The position numbers and the translations under genes are program-made. The notes beneath the pieces were generated by a model. It was not told the origin of the DNA. It was given only the letters and a program-made list of their open reading frames with translations, and did no database searches. A stretch of DNA of 50,661 nt from an uncultured Prevotellaceae bacterium (GTDB taxonomy: Bacteria; Bacteroidota; Bacteroidia; Bacteroidales; UBA3663): positions 1-50,661 of the forward strand of contig CAZBWT010000001.1 in the NCBI GenBank assembly GCA_964495625.1, given 5' to 3'. How positions within the stretch are numbered: position 1 is the first letter of the stretch; every line of letters begins with the position of its first letter. Below are positions 1 through 8,783 of this stretch, in pieces.

Positions 1-385
1 AGGGATTAAATAACCACAAATTCAAATTACGTCTTTTTGCACTACACGACAACCGCATCACGCGAAATCTCGGATGAACCTAAAAAATGTATATTTCTTC
101 TAAAGAAAAGGTTACCCAATTTACTGTCTGCTACATATCAAATGATTACGGCATTGTGAGATCGAAAGGGCACACGACGATATTCCCTATGCAGTAATTG
201 CACAAAGTCAATTATAAGTTTTTAATTTCCTCTTTAGGCTTGAAACCCTATGCCGGAGTCCAACACCCTTGTCGATGTAATAATTTTGCAAAACGGGGTC
301 ATGAAGCACCACAAATATACTTATGTTGTCGGCAAGGGTATATTGAGAATGACTTTAATTGGTCATGAACCATCCAATCTGCTGA

Positions 386-1378
386 TTACTCTTCGCCCTG
401 CTTTAGTTTGTAAGCCTCGATGCGTGTGCGCATATTTTGGCGGAGGCATTCGCTGTAAAGCCAAGGCTCCACGCCGTGGTAGTCGCCGGTGTTGAGCACA
501 TTGAGGATGTTGGGCAGGTAAGAGCCGTCGAAGCCATGCAGCACCAAGACGTTGCTATCGGGGTTGATCTGCACGCTGATGGTGTCTTGCAAGATGGCGG
601 GCACGGTGTCGGTGGACCAGCTCACGGGGTTGATGGTGAAGGCGTTGGGGGTGCTCACGATGCTTTTGGCGTATTTTGCGTCTGACACGGAGTTGTAGCA
701 GATGGTGACCCCGGTGTCGTCGGCACCCTGTGCGCCGATGAAGACTTCGGGGTAGGCGGCCACGTCGGCAGGCGTGACTTTATAGCCCAAGACGTAGGCG
801 GCAATGAGGCGCTGACGCACGTCGGCGGGGAGGGTCTTCATCAGCTCAACCACCGAGAGGGCACCCTGGCTGAAGCCTGCCAAGATGAAGGGGCGACCTT
901 CGTTGTAGTGCTGCAAGTAGTAGCTGAAGGCTGCACATACGTCCACAAAGGCTACGTCGTGGAAGCGACGCGCTATGGTGTCTTCGTTGAGCGTTGCCCA
1001 TGAGTCGAGTGAGATGTGGCGGTAGTGGGGTGAGTAGTAGCGAGCGTAGGCTGCCATGTAGCCGGCAGATTTGGTCATCTCACGTTCCACATCGCTGCGA
1101 TGTGTGGGTGTGTTGACGGGGTCGGCATAGTGTGACACAATGCTGTCGGTGGTGAACCAGTCGAACTCCCACGTGGAGGGGATGTAGAAGACATCGGCAC
1201 CCATGTCGCTGTCTGCAGGCTGTATGTACCACATCTCGGCATCGGCATAGCTCGGCACCTCGGGGATGAATTCGGTGGGGGTGAATTGTGTTTCGTTGTT
1301 TTTACAGCCGGTGGCAAGGATTATGCCGCCGAGTAGCATCAGGGGGGCTACGTGCATAGCATTAAAGTTGGTCTGCAT
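386..1378 (-). CDS. Exported lipoprotein with alpha/beta-hydrolase fold (DUF3089-like)
   Basis: 330-aa ORF. Signal peptide plus lipobox (LATG|C). GFSQG nucleophile elbow (GxSxG). SPHYRH segment resembles the PxYRQ region I recall for DUF3089. Family not searched. Confidence 0.6.
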   Translation of the reverse strand: MQTNFNAMHVAPLMLLGGIILATGCKNNETQFTPTEFIPEVPSYADAEMWYIQPADSDMGADVFYIPSTWEFDWFTTDSIVSHYADPVNTPTHRSDVEREMTKSAGYMAAYARYYSPHYRHISLDSWATLNEDTIARRFHDVAFVDVCAAFSYYLQHYNEGRPFILAGFSQGALSVVELMKTLPADVRQRLIAAYVLGYKVTPADVAAYPEVFIGAQGADDTGVTICYNSVSDAKYAKSIVSTPNAFTINPVSWSTDTVPAILQDTISVQINPDSNVLVLHGFDGSYLPNILNVLNTGDYHGVEPWLYSECLRQNMRTRIEAYKLKQGEE

Positions 1379-1418
1379 AGTGGTATGTTTTGTTTTTGGT
1401 GTTTCGTTGGTTTCGTCG

Positions 1419-2648
1419 TCACTGCACTGCTGTGTTTTGTCGTTTAAGCACGCGCAGGGGGTAGAGTGTGGCTAAAAGCCCGATGATGAAGACGGCGCAG
1501 GCGGTGTAGATGATGTCGGCCGTGTGGAGGCTGACGGGGTAGCTGTGGATGATGAACATGTCGCTGCTGCCTAAGGTGATGAAGCCGTAGTGACTCTGCA
1601 AGAGGCAGAGGGTGATGCCGAGCAGGAGACCCGCCACGGCTCCGCTGCCGCTGATGAGCAAGCCCTCGAGGGTGAAGATGCGGCGCACAAGGCGGTCGTC
1701 AGCTCCTAAGGTTTGCAGCACGCGGGTGTCGGCTTCTTTGTCGATGATGAGCATGGAGAGCGCCCCGATGACGTTAAACGAGGCGATGAGCAGAATGAAG
1801 AGGATGATGAGGAAGGTGATCCACTTCTCAATCTGCATGATTTTGTAGCTGTCGGCTTGTTGCTCCATGCGGGTCAGGAGCCGATAGTCAGCGCCTAAGG
1901 TGCGACTGAGTTCGGCTTTGACGGCTGCGGGTGAGGCTCCGTCGCGCAGGCGCACTTCGTAGGCGGTGGTGAGCCCGGTGCTGTCGGTGAGCAGTCGGCG
2001 GGCGAAGTCTAAGGAGGTGAGCAGCACGTGGTCGTCATATTCCACCTGCTCCACGGCGAAGGTGCCGCTGCAAAACAGTGCCCCCTCGGTGAAGGCTTCG
2101 TCGGGGCGCAGGAGGTCGATTTTGCCCGTGCGCCGGGGGCTGTAGACGGTGAATGGGCGCAAGAAGCCCGCCCCAACGCCGAGTTGGGCGGCGATGCCCA
2201 CGCCCATGACGGTGTAGTCTGCCACGGGGTCTTGCAGCTGAAAGGTGCCGCTGCGCATGATGTTGTCGATGTTGCTGACGCGGCGGAAGCTTTCGTCTAC
2301 GCCTTTGAGCGTGGCGGGTATTTGCCTGCCGTTGTAGCTGAGCAGCACGGTTTCTTCGAGCGTAGCGTCGTAGCATAAGACCTCAGGTTGCGCGTCGAGG
2401 GCGCGCCCCACGCGGGCGGCATCGGTGAGGTGTTTGCCGGTGGTGGCTTCAATGCGCAGGTGGGGATCGAAGTTGGAGCAGAGGGTGCCCACCAACTCCT
2501 CAAAGCCGTTGTAGACCGAGAGGGTGCAGATGAGCGCCGTGGTGATGACCGCCACACCACATGCCGCCACAATGGTGATGGCGTTGATGGCATGGTGGCT
2601 CTTGGCTCCGAATAGGTAGCGTGCGGCGATGCGCCAGGCTAATGTCAT
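1419..2648 (-). CDS. ABC-transporter permease, FtsX / LolC-LolE family
   Basis: 409 aa. N-terminal TM helix, large extracytoplasmic loop, three C-terminal TM helices (FtsX layout). Only 6 nt downstream of the rbfA stop. Confidence 0.8.
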   Translation of the reverse strand: MTLAWRIAARYLFGAKSHHAINAITIVAACGVAVITTALICTLSVYNGFEELVGTLCSNFDPHLRIEATTGKHLTDAARVGRALDAQPEVLCYDATLEETVLLSYNGRQIPATLKGVDESFRRVSNIDNIMRSGTFQLQDPVADYTVMGVGIAAQLGVGAGFLRPFTVYSPRRTGKIDLLRPDEAFTEGALFCSGTFAVEQVEYDDHVLLTSLDFARRLLTDSTGLTTAYEVRLRDGASPAAVKAELSRTLGADYRLLTRMEQQADSYKIMQIEKWITFLIILFILLIASFNVIGALSMLIIDKEADTRVLQTLGADDRLVRRIFTLEGLLISGSGAVAGLLLGITLCLLQSHYGFITLGSSDMFIIHSYPVSLHTADIIYTACAVFIIGLLATLYPLRVLKRQNTAVQ

Positions 2649-2654
2649 TGGTGT

Positions 2655-2990
2655 TTACTTCTTGAGCAGTTCGTCGATGCGTTCAAGATAGTCGAGCGAG
2701 TCGTCGAGGTAGAAGAAGAGCTCGGGGATGACGCGCAGCTGGTAGCGCACTTTCTGCCCCAAGGCATAGCGCACTTCGCCGGCTGTGGCTTTGACGCTCT
2801 TCAAGATGTCGGCAGACTTGTCTGAGGGGAAGATGCTGATGTAGACGCGGCATGAGCTGAGGTCGGGTGCGGTGCGCACGCCGCTGACGCTCACGATGGT
2901 GCCGTGGGTCTTTGCTGTTTCTTGACGGAAGATTTCGCCTAACTCTTTTTGGATGAGGCGGTTGATTTTATCTAATCGGTTTGATTCCAT
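2655..2990 (-). CDS. rbfA: Ribosome-binding factor A
   Basis: 111 aa. RbfA-like N-terminus (RLDKINRLIQKELGEIF) and typical size. Confidence 0.85.
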   Translation of the reverse strand: MESNRLDKINRLIQKELGEIFRQETAKTHGTIVSVSGVRTAPDLSSCRVYISIFPSDKSADILKSVKATAGEVRYALGQKVRYQLRVIPELFFYLDDSLDYLERIDELLKK

Positions 2991-3033
2991 ACTGTCTTTT
3001 AGTTTAATGGGTGATTTAGTTAATGGGGTGATC

Positions 3034-3714
3034 TCACTTGACGCGTATCAAGGTCAGACCGTCACGCAGGGGCAGGATTACTTTCTCCACGCGGGTGTCG
3101 GCGGCGATGCGGTCGTTGAACTGTTGGATGCCGAGGCTTTGGCGGTCGGTTTCTTTGGGTGTGGTGAGCACTTTGCCGTCCCACAAGGTGTTGTCTGCCA
3201 TGATGAGTCCACCGGGACGCATGCGGGGCAGGATGAGGTCGTAGTATTCGTTGTAGAGGCGCTTGTCGGCATCAATGAATGCCACGTCGAAGGGTGCGTC
3301 GCCTAAGGTGGGGATGACCTGCAGCGCATCGCCGATGTGGAGGTGGATGAGCCTGCCGAGCGGTGAGCGACTGAAGACATCGCGCAAGAAGTCTTCGAGT
3401 TCGTCAAAGACCTCGATGGTGTGGAGTTCGCCCGGCGTGCCGCTGACGGGGTCGGGGGTGAGCGCCTCTGCCATGCTGAGGGCTGAGTAGCCGCTGAAGG
3501 TGCCGAGCTCGAGTATGCGGTGAGCCTGCATCATGGAACAGAGCATCTTGAGGAGTCGCCCCTGTAGGTGGCCCGAGCACATGCGCGAATAGGTGAGCCT
3601 TAAATGCGTGAGCCGCTGCACTTGGTGCAGCAGCTCAGGTTCGGCATCAATGTGCCTAAGGATGTATTCGTGCAGGGCATCGCCCGTCTCTTCGTATTGT
3701 AGTGGTGTGGTCAC
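3034..3714 (-). CDS. Class I SAM-dependent O-methyltransferase (caffeoyl-CoA OMT-like, family 3)
   Basis: 226 aa. SAM motif ILELGTFSGYS. FIDADK and PGGLIMADNTLW segments typical of cation-dependent O-methyltransferases. Confidence 0.8.
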   Translation of the reverse strand: MTTPLQYEETGDALHEYILRHIDAEPELLHQVQRLTHLRLTYSRMCSGHLQGRLLKMLCSMMQAHRILELGTFSGYSALSMAEALTPDPVSGTPGELHTIEVFDELEDFLRDVFSRSPLGRLIHLHIGDALQVIPTLGDAPFDVAFIDADKRLYNEYYDLILPRMRPGGLIMADNTLWDGKVLTTPKETDRQSLGIQQFNDRIAADTRVEKVILPLRDGLTLIRVK

Positions 3715-3741
3715 GTTTTGATGAAAGAGTGGGTGAGGGGC

Positions 3742-5199
3742 TTAGCACATGCTCGGCTGTATGTAGCTATCTTTGGTCGAGAGGATCTTGTTGACGGGGT
3801 TGAGCTCGAGGAAGGAGGCCCCCACCTCGGTGCTGCCGCCTACGTAGGCAATGAGGTCGTCTTCGTGGAGGCGACCCTGGGCGGTGAGCATGTTCAAGCC
3901 CTTGAAGAGGAAGTCGCGCACGTTGGTGCTTTCGCTCTGTTCATAGACGGGCACCACGCCATAAGAGAGTGCCAAGCGGCGTGCCACCTTCATGTTGTAG
4001 CAGAGTGAGTAGACGGGCACTTTGGCGCGGTAGCTTGCCATGGTGCGTGAGGTGTGACCGGTGCGGTTGTCGGTGACGATGGCCTTCACGCCGAGGCTCT
4101 CTTGCGAGATGGCTGCGTGTTTGCAGAGGTATGACGACACGCTGGGCGACACTTTGCCAAAGAAGCTGGGCATGTGATATTCTTCAGCCTCGTAGTTGGC
4201 TTCAGCCTCGCGACACACTTTTGCCATGGTCTCGACGGCTTCACGCGGGTAGGCTCCGTAGGCGGTTTCACCGCTGAGCATCACAGCGTCGGTCTGCAAG
4301 AAGACGGCATTGGCGATGTCGCTGATTTCGGCGCGGGTGGGGCGCGGGTTCTTGATCATGGTGTGGAGCATCTGCGTTGCCACGATGACGGGCTTGTTGC
4401 GGAGCATGCACTTGCGCACCAACATGCGCTGTATGCCTGGGATCTTCTCTTGCGGCACTTCGATGCCGAGGTCGCCGCGTGCCACCATCACACCGTATGC
4501 CACGTCGAGAATCTCGTCGATGTTGTCTACACCTTCTTGGTTCTCAATCTTGGCAATGATCTTGATGTCGCTGTGGGCGGCATCGAGAATCTGCTGTATG
4601 TCGAGTATGTCTTGCTTGCTGCGCACAAATGAGTGGGCAATGAAGTCGATGTTTTGCTCGATGGCAAGGTCGATGTTGTGACGGTCTTTGGCGGTGAGTG
4701 ACGGCAGCTTGATGCTGACACCGGGCACGTTGACGCTCTTGCGCTGTGCCAATTCGCCGTGGTTGAGGGCGGTGGCGCAAAGGTAGTCGCCCTCTTTGCT
4801 GTCAATGTGGAAGGCTATTTCACCATCGTCGATGAGCACGGTGGCTCCGACGGGTACATCTTGACAGAAGCCTGCATAGTTGAGGGCTATGACCTCTTTG
4901 GTGGTCTGACGGTCGGGGTCGCCCACGAACTTCACCTTGTCGCCGGGCTCAAAGGTGAGGTGTGTGCCCTCGGGGGTGGTCAACACGGTGGTGCGGATTT
5001 CCGGACCCTTCGTGTCGATCAAGATCGGTATCATGTCAGACACAGTGCGGACGTTCTTGATGAGGTTCTTCAAACCTTCGTCAGTGGCGTGTGCGGTGTT
5101 CATGCGCACCACGTTCAACCCGCGGTCGTAGAGGTCGCGAATGAAGTCTACGTCACAACGGATGTCTGAGATGGTGCATACAATTTTGGTCTTTTTCAT
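3742..5199 (-). CDS. pyk: Pyruvate kinase
   Basis: Start moved from 5253 to ATG at 5199 (MKKTKIVCTI...), giving 485 aa. NTAH and MVARGDLGIEVP motifs. Confidence 0.92.
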   Translation of the reverse strand: MKKTKIVCTISDIRCDVDFIRDLYDRGLNVVRMNTAHATDEGLKNLIKNVRTVSDMIPILIDTKGPEIRTTVLTTPEGTHLTFEPGDKVKFVGDPDRQTTKEVIALNYAGFCQDVPVGATVLIDDGEIAFHIDSKEGDYLCATALNHGELAQRKSVNVPGVSIKLPSLTAKDRHNIDLAIEQNIDFIAHSFVRSKQDILDIQQILDAAHSDIKIIAKIENQEGVDNIDEILDVAYGVMVARGDLGIEVPQEKIPGIQRMLVRKCMLRNKPVIVATQMLHTMIKNPRPTRAEISDIANAVFLQTDAVMLSGETAYGAYPREAVETMAKVCREAEANYEAEEYHMPSFFGKVSPSVSSYLCKHAAISQESLGVKAIVTDNRTGHTSRTMASYRAKVPVYSLCYNMKVARRLALSYGVVPVYEQSESTNVRDFLFKGLNMLTAQGRLHEDDLIAYVGGSTEVGASFLELNPVNKILSTKDSYIQPSMC

Positions 5200-5277
5200 A
5201 AGAAAATATGATTGATTAATATGATTCAATATAATAAATATGTTCGCGGACACGAATGCGTATCTTCGCAGGCGCGC

Positions 5278-5700
5278 TTACAGGTGCGTAATAGCCTCAA
5301 CCGCCAAGCGGTAGGAGTCTAAGCCGAAGCCGATGATGACCCCGCGGCAGGCTGGCGAGAGGAAGGAGTGGTGACGGAATTCCTCGCGCTGATGCACGTT
5401 GGAGATGTGCACCTCGATGACGGGAGTCTTGACCGCACGGATGGCATCGGCTATTGCCACCGAGGTGTGGGTGTAGGCTCCGGCATTGAGCACGATGCCT
5501 GCCACCTCGCCGAAACCGTTGGCGTGGATGCAGTCAATGAGGTCACCTTCGTGGTTGCTTTGAAAGTAGTCAATCTCTAATTGGGGGAGGGCTTTGCGCA
5601 GTGTGGTTAAATAGTCTTGAAAAGTTTCTGAGCCGTAGATGCCCGGTTCGCGTTTCCCCAATAAATTGAGGTTGGGACCATTGATAATTAGAATTTTCAT
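5278..5700 (-). CDS. aroQ: Type II 3-dehydroquinate dehydratase
   Basis: 140 aa. [18 protein letters not shown] and [15 protein letters not shown] signatures. Confidence 0.92.
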   Translation of the reverse strand: MKILIINGPNLNLLGKREPGIYGSETFQDYLTTLRKALPQLEIDYFQSNHEGDLIDCIHANGFGEVAGIVLNAGAYTHTSVAIADAIRAVKTPVIEVHISNVHQREEFRHHSFLSPACRGVIIGFGLDSYRLAVEAITHL

Positions 5701-5781
5701 ATTCTATAGCGTGTATCTCTTTGTATTTGAGTTTATGCTGTAATGGATGTCAAAAGTGTTGCGTCGTTGCGCGGTTACACC

Positions 5782-5789
5782 TATCTTTG
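5782..5789 (+). promoter_or_regulatory. -7 box TATCTTTG (xerD promoter)
   Basis: Exact TAnnTTTG. GTTG lies 20 nt upstream. 53 nt before the xerD start. Confidence 0.6.
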
Positions 5790-5816
5790 CCGTGCCGTGA
5801 ACTACGGTTAGCGGCG

Positions 5817-5824
5817 CAAAGATA
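5817..5824 (-). promoter_or_regulatory. -7 box TATCTTTG (aroQ-pyk operon promoter)
   Basis: Plus strand reads caaagata. 117 nt upstream of the aroQ ATG. No other TAnnTTTG seen upstream of the six-gene minus block. Confidence 0.55.
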
Positions 5825-5841
5825 TTATTTTTTTTGTAGAA

Positions 5842-6735
5842 GTGAGTGATAATCATCTGACAAAATACTTTTCGTATCTTAAATATGAGAAGAACTTGAC
5901 CGATAATTCGGTCGATGCCTATATGTGCGACATTCAAAAACTGAACCGCTGGGCTGCCGACCGGGCTGCGTCAATTGACGCGCTCACGGCGCTCGACATT
6001 GAGCAGTTTTTGTGTTCGCTGCACGATGTGGGCATCACCCCTTCGTCGCAGCGGCGCATCTTGTGCGGCATCAAGTCTTATTTTAAGTTTCTGCTCATTG
6101 AGCACGTCATCGACAGCGACCCCTCGGAGCTGATTGAGTCGCCCAAGGTGGGGCAGCACTTGCCCACGGTGTTGACGCTCGATGAGGTGAACCGCGTGAT
6201 TGCCGCTCCCGACGTGTCGACCCCGTTGGGGCAACGTAATCGCGCCATACTCGAGACGCTGTATAGCTGCGGTGTGCGTGTGTCGGAACTTATCGGGCTG
6301 CGCATCTCTAATATATTTGAGAAAGAGGGCTATATACGCGTTGAGGGCAAGGGTCGCAAGCAGCGCATCGTGCCGATAGCCCCGAGTGCGCTGCGCGAGA
6401 TACACAACTATTTTGCCTTCCGCTATGAGATGGATGTGAAGCCCGGGGCGGAGGACGTGGTCTTTCTGAACCGCTTCGGCGGTGCCATGACGCGCATGGC
6501 GGTGTTCAACATCATCAAGCAATATTGCGCCGAGGCGGGCATCACGAAAGAAGTAAGCCCGCACACGTTTCGCCACACCTTTGCCACGCATCTGCTTGAG
6601 GGCGGTGCCAACCTGCGAGCCATTCAGATGATGCTCGGTCATGAGCAGATTTCCACCACCGAAATATACTCGCAGGTGGATCGTCAGTTCCTAAAGGAGG
6701 AAATCTTGACATATCATCCACGCAATAAAACGTGA
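5842..6735 (+). CDS. xerD: Site-specific tyrosine recombinase XerD-like (housekeeping)
   Basis: 297 aa. GTG start: an in-frame TAG lies at 5809-5811 and there is no ATG before the core-binding domain. Catalytic FRHTFATHLL ... GHEQISTTEIY motifs. Confidence 0.8.
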   Translation: MSDNHLTKYFSYLKYEKNLTDNSVDAYMCDIQKLNRWAADRAASIDALTALDIEQFLCSLHDVGITPSSQRRILCGIKSYFKFLLIEHVIDSDPSELIESPKVGQHLPTVLTLDEVNRVIAAPDVSTPLGQRNRAILETLYSCGVRVSELIGLRISNIFEKEGYIRVEGKGRKQRIVPIAPSALREIHNYFAFRYEMDVKPGAEDVVFLNRFGGAMTRMAVFNIIKQYCAEAGITKEVSPHTFRHTFATHLLEGGANLRAIQMMLGHEQISTTEIYSQVDRQFLKEEILTYHPRNKT

Positions 6736-6794
6736 AAAATGCGGCGAAAACTTAAAATAGATTGTTGAAAAAGTGACATTTGAAGATATTTCGC

Positions 6795-6802
6795 TATATT
6801 TG
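6795..6802 (+). promoter_or_regulatory. -7 box TATATTTG
   Basis: Exact TAnnTTTG. 36 nt before ATG 6838. Confidence 0.6.
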
Positions 6803-6837
6803 CCCCCGTTTAAAATATTTAACCAATAATTTAAGAA

Positions 6838-8520
6838 ATGAACACAAAGTTAGTTCTTCCGGCAGTCGCCGCGCTTTCGTTTGTTATGGCTACGTCGTGC
6901 AGCAAGCTCGACCCGCTGACATCCGACAATTTTACGTGCAATCCTTCACCCCTCGTTGAGGTGGGTGGTAAGGTAGATGCTACTATCTCAGCTACATATC
7001 CTGAGAAGTACTTCTCAAAGAAGGCAACATTGACGGTAACTCCCGTTTTGGTTTATGCTAACGGTGAGACGAAGTCAACGCCTGTCACCTTCCAGGGCGA
7101 GAAGGTTAAGGGTAACGATGAAACCATCTCTTATAAGTATGGTGGCAACGCTACGATTAAGGCTACGTTCGATTATATCGACGATATGGCTTCTTCAAAG
7201 CTCTACCTCGACTTCGAGGCTGAGTGTGGCGGCAAGTCTTACACTTTGCCCCGCGTTTACATCGCTGACGGTGTCATCGCTACCGAGTCTGTAGCTTCTG
7301 CTCGCAATGCTACTCCCGCCAACGCTAAGGACAACTTCGTCAAGGATACCTTCGACAAGTACATCGCTACGTTGATCTATCAGTATCAGTCTACCAACCT
7401 TCGCAACAGCGAGACCGGTAAGTCTGAGATGAAGGATCTCGAGGCTGCTGTCAAGGCTACCAAGAAGGAGGAGCGTCGTGAGTTCACCGGCATCGAGATG
7501 GTTTCTACTGCCTCTCCTGAAGGTGCTTATTCACTCAACGAACGCCTCGCTGCCGGTCGTGAGAAGTCTTCTGCTTCTTATTTGAACCGCATGTTGAAGC
7601 AGGCTAAGTTGCAGGGTGAGATTACTCCCGAGCAGATTGCCGAGAACTGGGATGGCTTCAAGGAATTGGTTGAGGCTTCTTCTATTCAGGATAAGCAGCT
7701 CGTGCTCAACGTGTTGAGCCGTATCAGCGACCCCGATAGCCGCGAGGCTGAAATCCGCAACCTTTCGGCTGCTTACACCGAAATCGCAGACGAGATCCTT
7801 CCCCAGTTGCGTTATTCTAAGGTTACTGCCACAGTGAAGAACATCGGTCACACTGACGATGAGATCCTCGCTATACTCGCTTCTAATCCTTCTGACTTGA
7901 CGGTAGAGGAACTCCTCTATGCCGCTACCCTCCAGAAGACTGACGACGAGAAGATTGCCGTTCTCAACACCGTGGCTAAGACTTATCCGCAGGACTACCG
8001 CGCATATAACAACATCGGTGAGATTCTCTACGCTCAGGGCAAGCTCTCTGACGCTGAGAACTACTTCAAGAAGGCTCTCTCAATCGATGCTAACGCTGCT
8101 GAGCCCAACATGAACCTTGGTTTGATCGCTTTGGATAATGGCGACCTCACTGCCGCTGAGGCTTACTTCGGCAAGGCCGGTTCAGCTCCCGAACTCGGCG
8201 AGGCTATGGGTACCCTCCTCACCAAGCAGGGTAAGTACGCTCAGGCTGTCTCTTCATTCGGCGACGTGAAGTCTAACAACGCTGCTGTGGCTAACATCTG
8301 CGCTAACAACTACAGCGATGCTAAGTCTATCCTCGAGGCTGTTGAAGACAAGGACGCTACAACTTACTACCTCCTCGCAGTGGTTGGTGCTCGCACTAAC
8401 AACTCAGACATGGTAAGCAGCAACCTCAGCAAGGCTGTGTCAATGGACTCTACGTTGGCTGCCAAGGCTAAGACTGACTGCGAGTTCGCTAAGTATGCAA
8501 GCGTTGTGGCTGCTCTCTAA
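6838..8520 (+). CDS. Lipoprotein with C-terminal TPR-like repeats, function unknown
   Basis: 560 aa. Signal plus lipobox (VMATS|C). TPR-like repeats in the last third (AYNNIGEILYAQGKLSDAENYFKKALSID...). N-terminal two thirds not recognised. Confidence 0.7.
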   Translation: MNTKLVLPAVAALSFVMATSCSKLDPLTSDNFTCNPSPLVEVGGKVDATISATYPEKYFSKKATLTVTPVLVYANGETKSTPVTFQGEKVKGNDETISYKYGGNATIKATFDYIDDMASSKLYLDFEAECGGKSYTLPRVYIADGVIATESVASARNATPANAKDNFVKDTFDKYIATLIYQYQSTNLRNSETGKSEMKDLEAAVKATKKEERREFTGIEMVSTASPEGAYSLNERLAAGREKSSASYLNRMLKQAKLQGEITPEQIAENWDGFKELVEASSIQDKQLVLNVLSRISDPDSREAEIRNLSAAYTEIADEILPQLRYSKVTATVKNIGHTDDEILAILASNPSDLTVEELLYAATLQKTDDEKIAVLNTVAKTYPQDYRAYNNIGEILYAQGKLSDAENYFKKALSIDANAAEPNMNLGLIALDNGDLTAAEAYFGKAGSAPELGEAMGTLLTKQGKYAQAVSSFGDVKSNNAAVANICANNYSDAKSILEAVEDKDATTYYLLAVVGARTNNSDMVSSNLSKAVSMDSTLAAKAKTDCEFAKYASVVAAL

Positions 8521-8622
8521 TTCAACTTTTAGAGCCGTCTAAACAGGTTAGCTAAAGCAAACAAGCAAATAAAGGCAGACCGCCACCCACCGCCCCGTGG
8601 TGGCAGCCGTGCCTGAACATAA

Positions 8623-8659
8623 GGGTGTGCCGACAACCGTCGGCACACCCATTTTTGTT
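8623..8659 (+). terminator. Rho-independent terminator after the TPR lipoprotein gene
   Basis: Perfect 12-bp stem gggtgtgccgac/gtcggcacaccc, loop aacc, then atttttgtt. Confidence 0.85.
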
Positions 8660-8719
8660 GCCCCACGGGCGGCGAAATATATCCTTATCGCCTAAAACAC
8701 TGTAAATGAAAATAAAACA

Positions 8720-8751
8720 TTTGGCATTTTGAGCGGCATTAGCTATCTTTG
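8720..8751 (+). promoter_or_regulatory. Full Bacteroides-type promoter TTTG-N20-TATCTTTG (lon)
   Basis: TTTG at 8720-8723 and TATCTTTG at 8744-8751. 33 nt before the lon ATG. Confidence 0.75.
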
Positions 8752-8783
8752 CCACACTTTTTTGATTATTTGATAAGTAGAAC

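Noticed and set aside
5200-5253. N-terminal extensions suggested by the ORF track for pyk (5253), rlmH (13483), the T9SS cargo gene (21491) and ntpE (41230, a TTG).
   Set aside because: In each case an internal ATG gives the canonical N-terminus: MKKTKIVCT, MKLHVIF, an MKKLLL signal peptide, and MENQIQEL. The extension either overlaps the upstream gene or terminator, or encodes implausible sequence.
5842-6735. Tyrosine recombinase as a marker of an integrative mobile element.
   Set aside because: It is XerD-like in length and motifs and sits between housekeeping operons. No flanking repeats, tRNA target, excisionase or cargo genes are present. I treat it as the chromosomal dimer-resolution recombinase.
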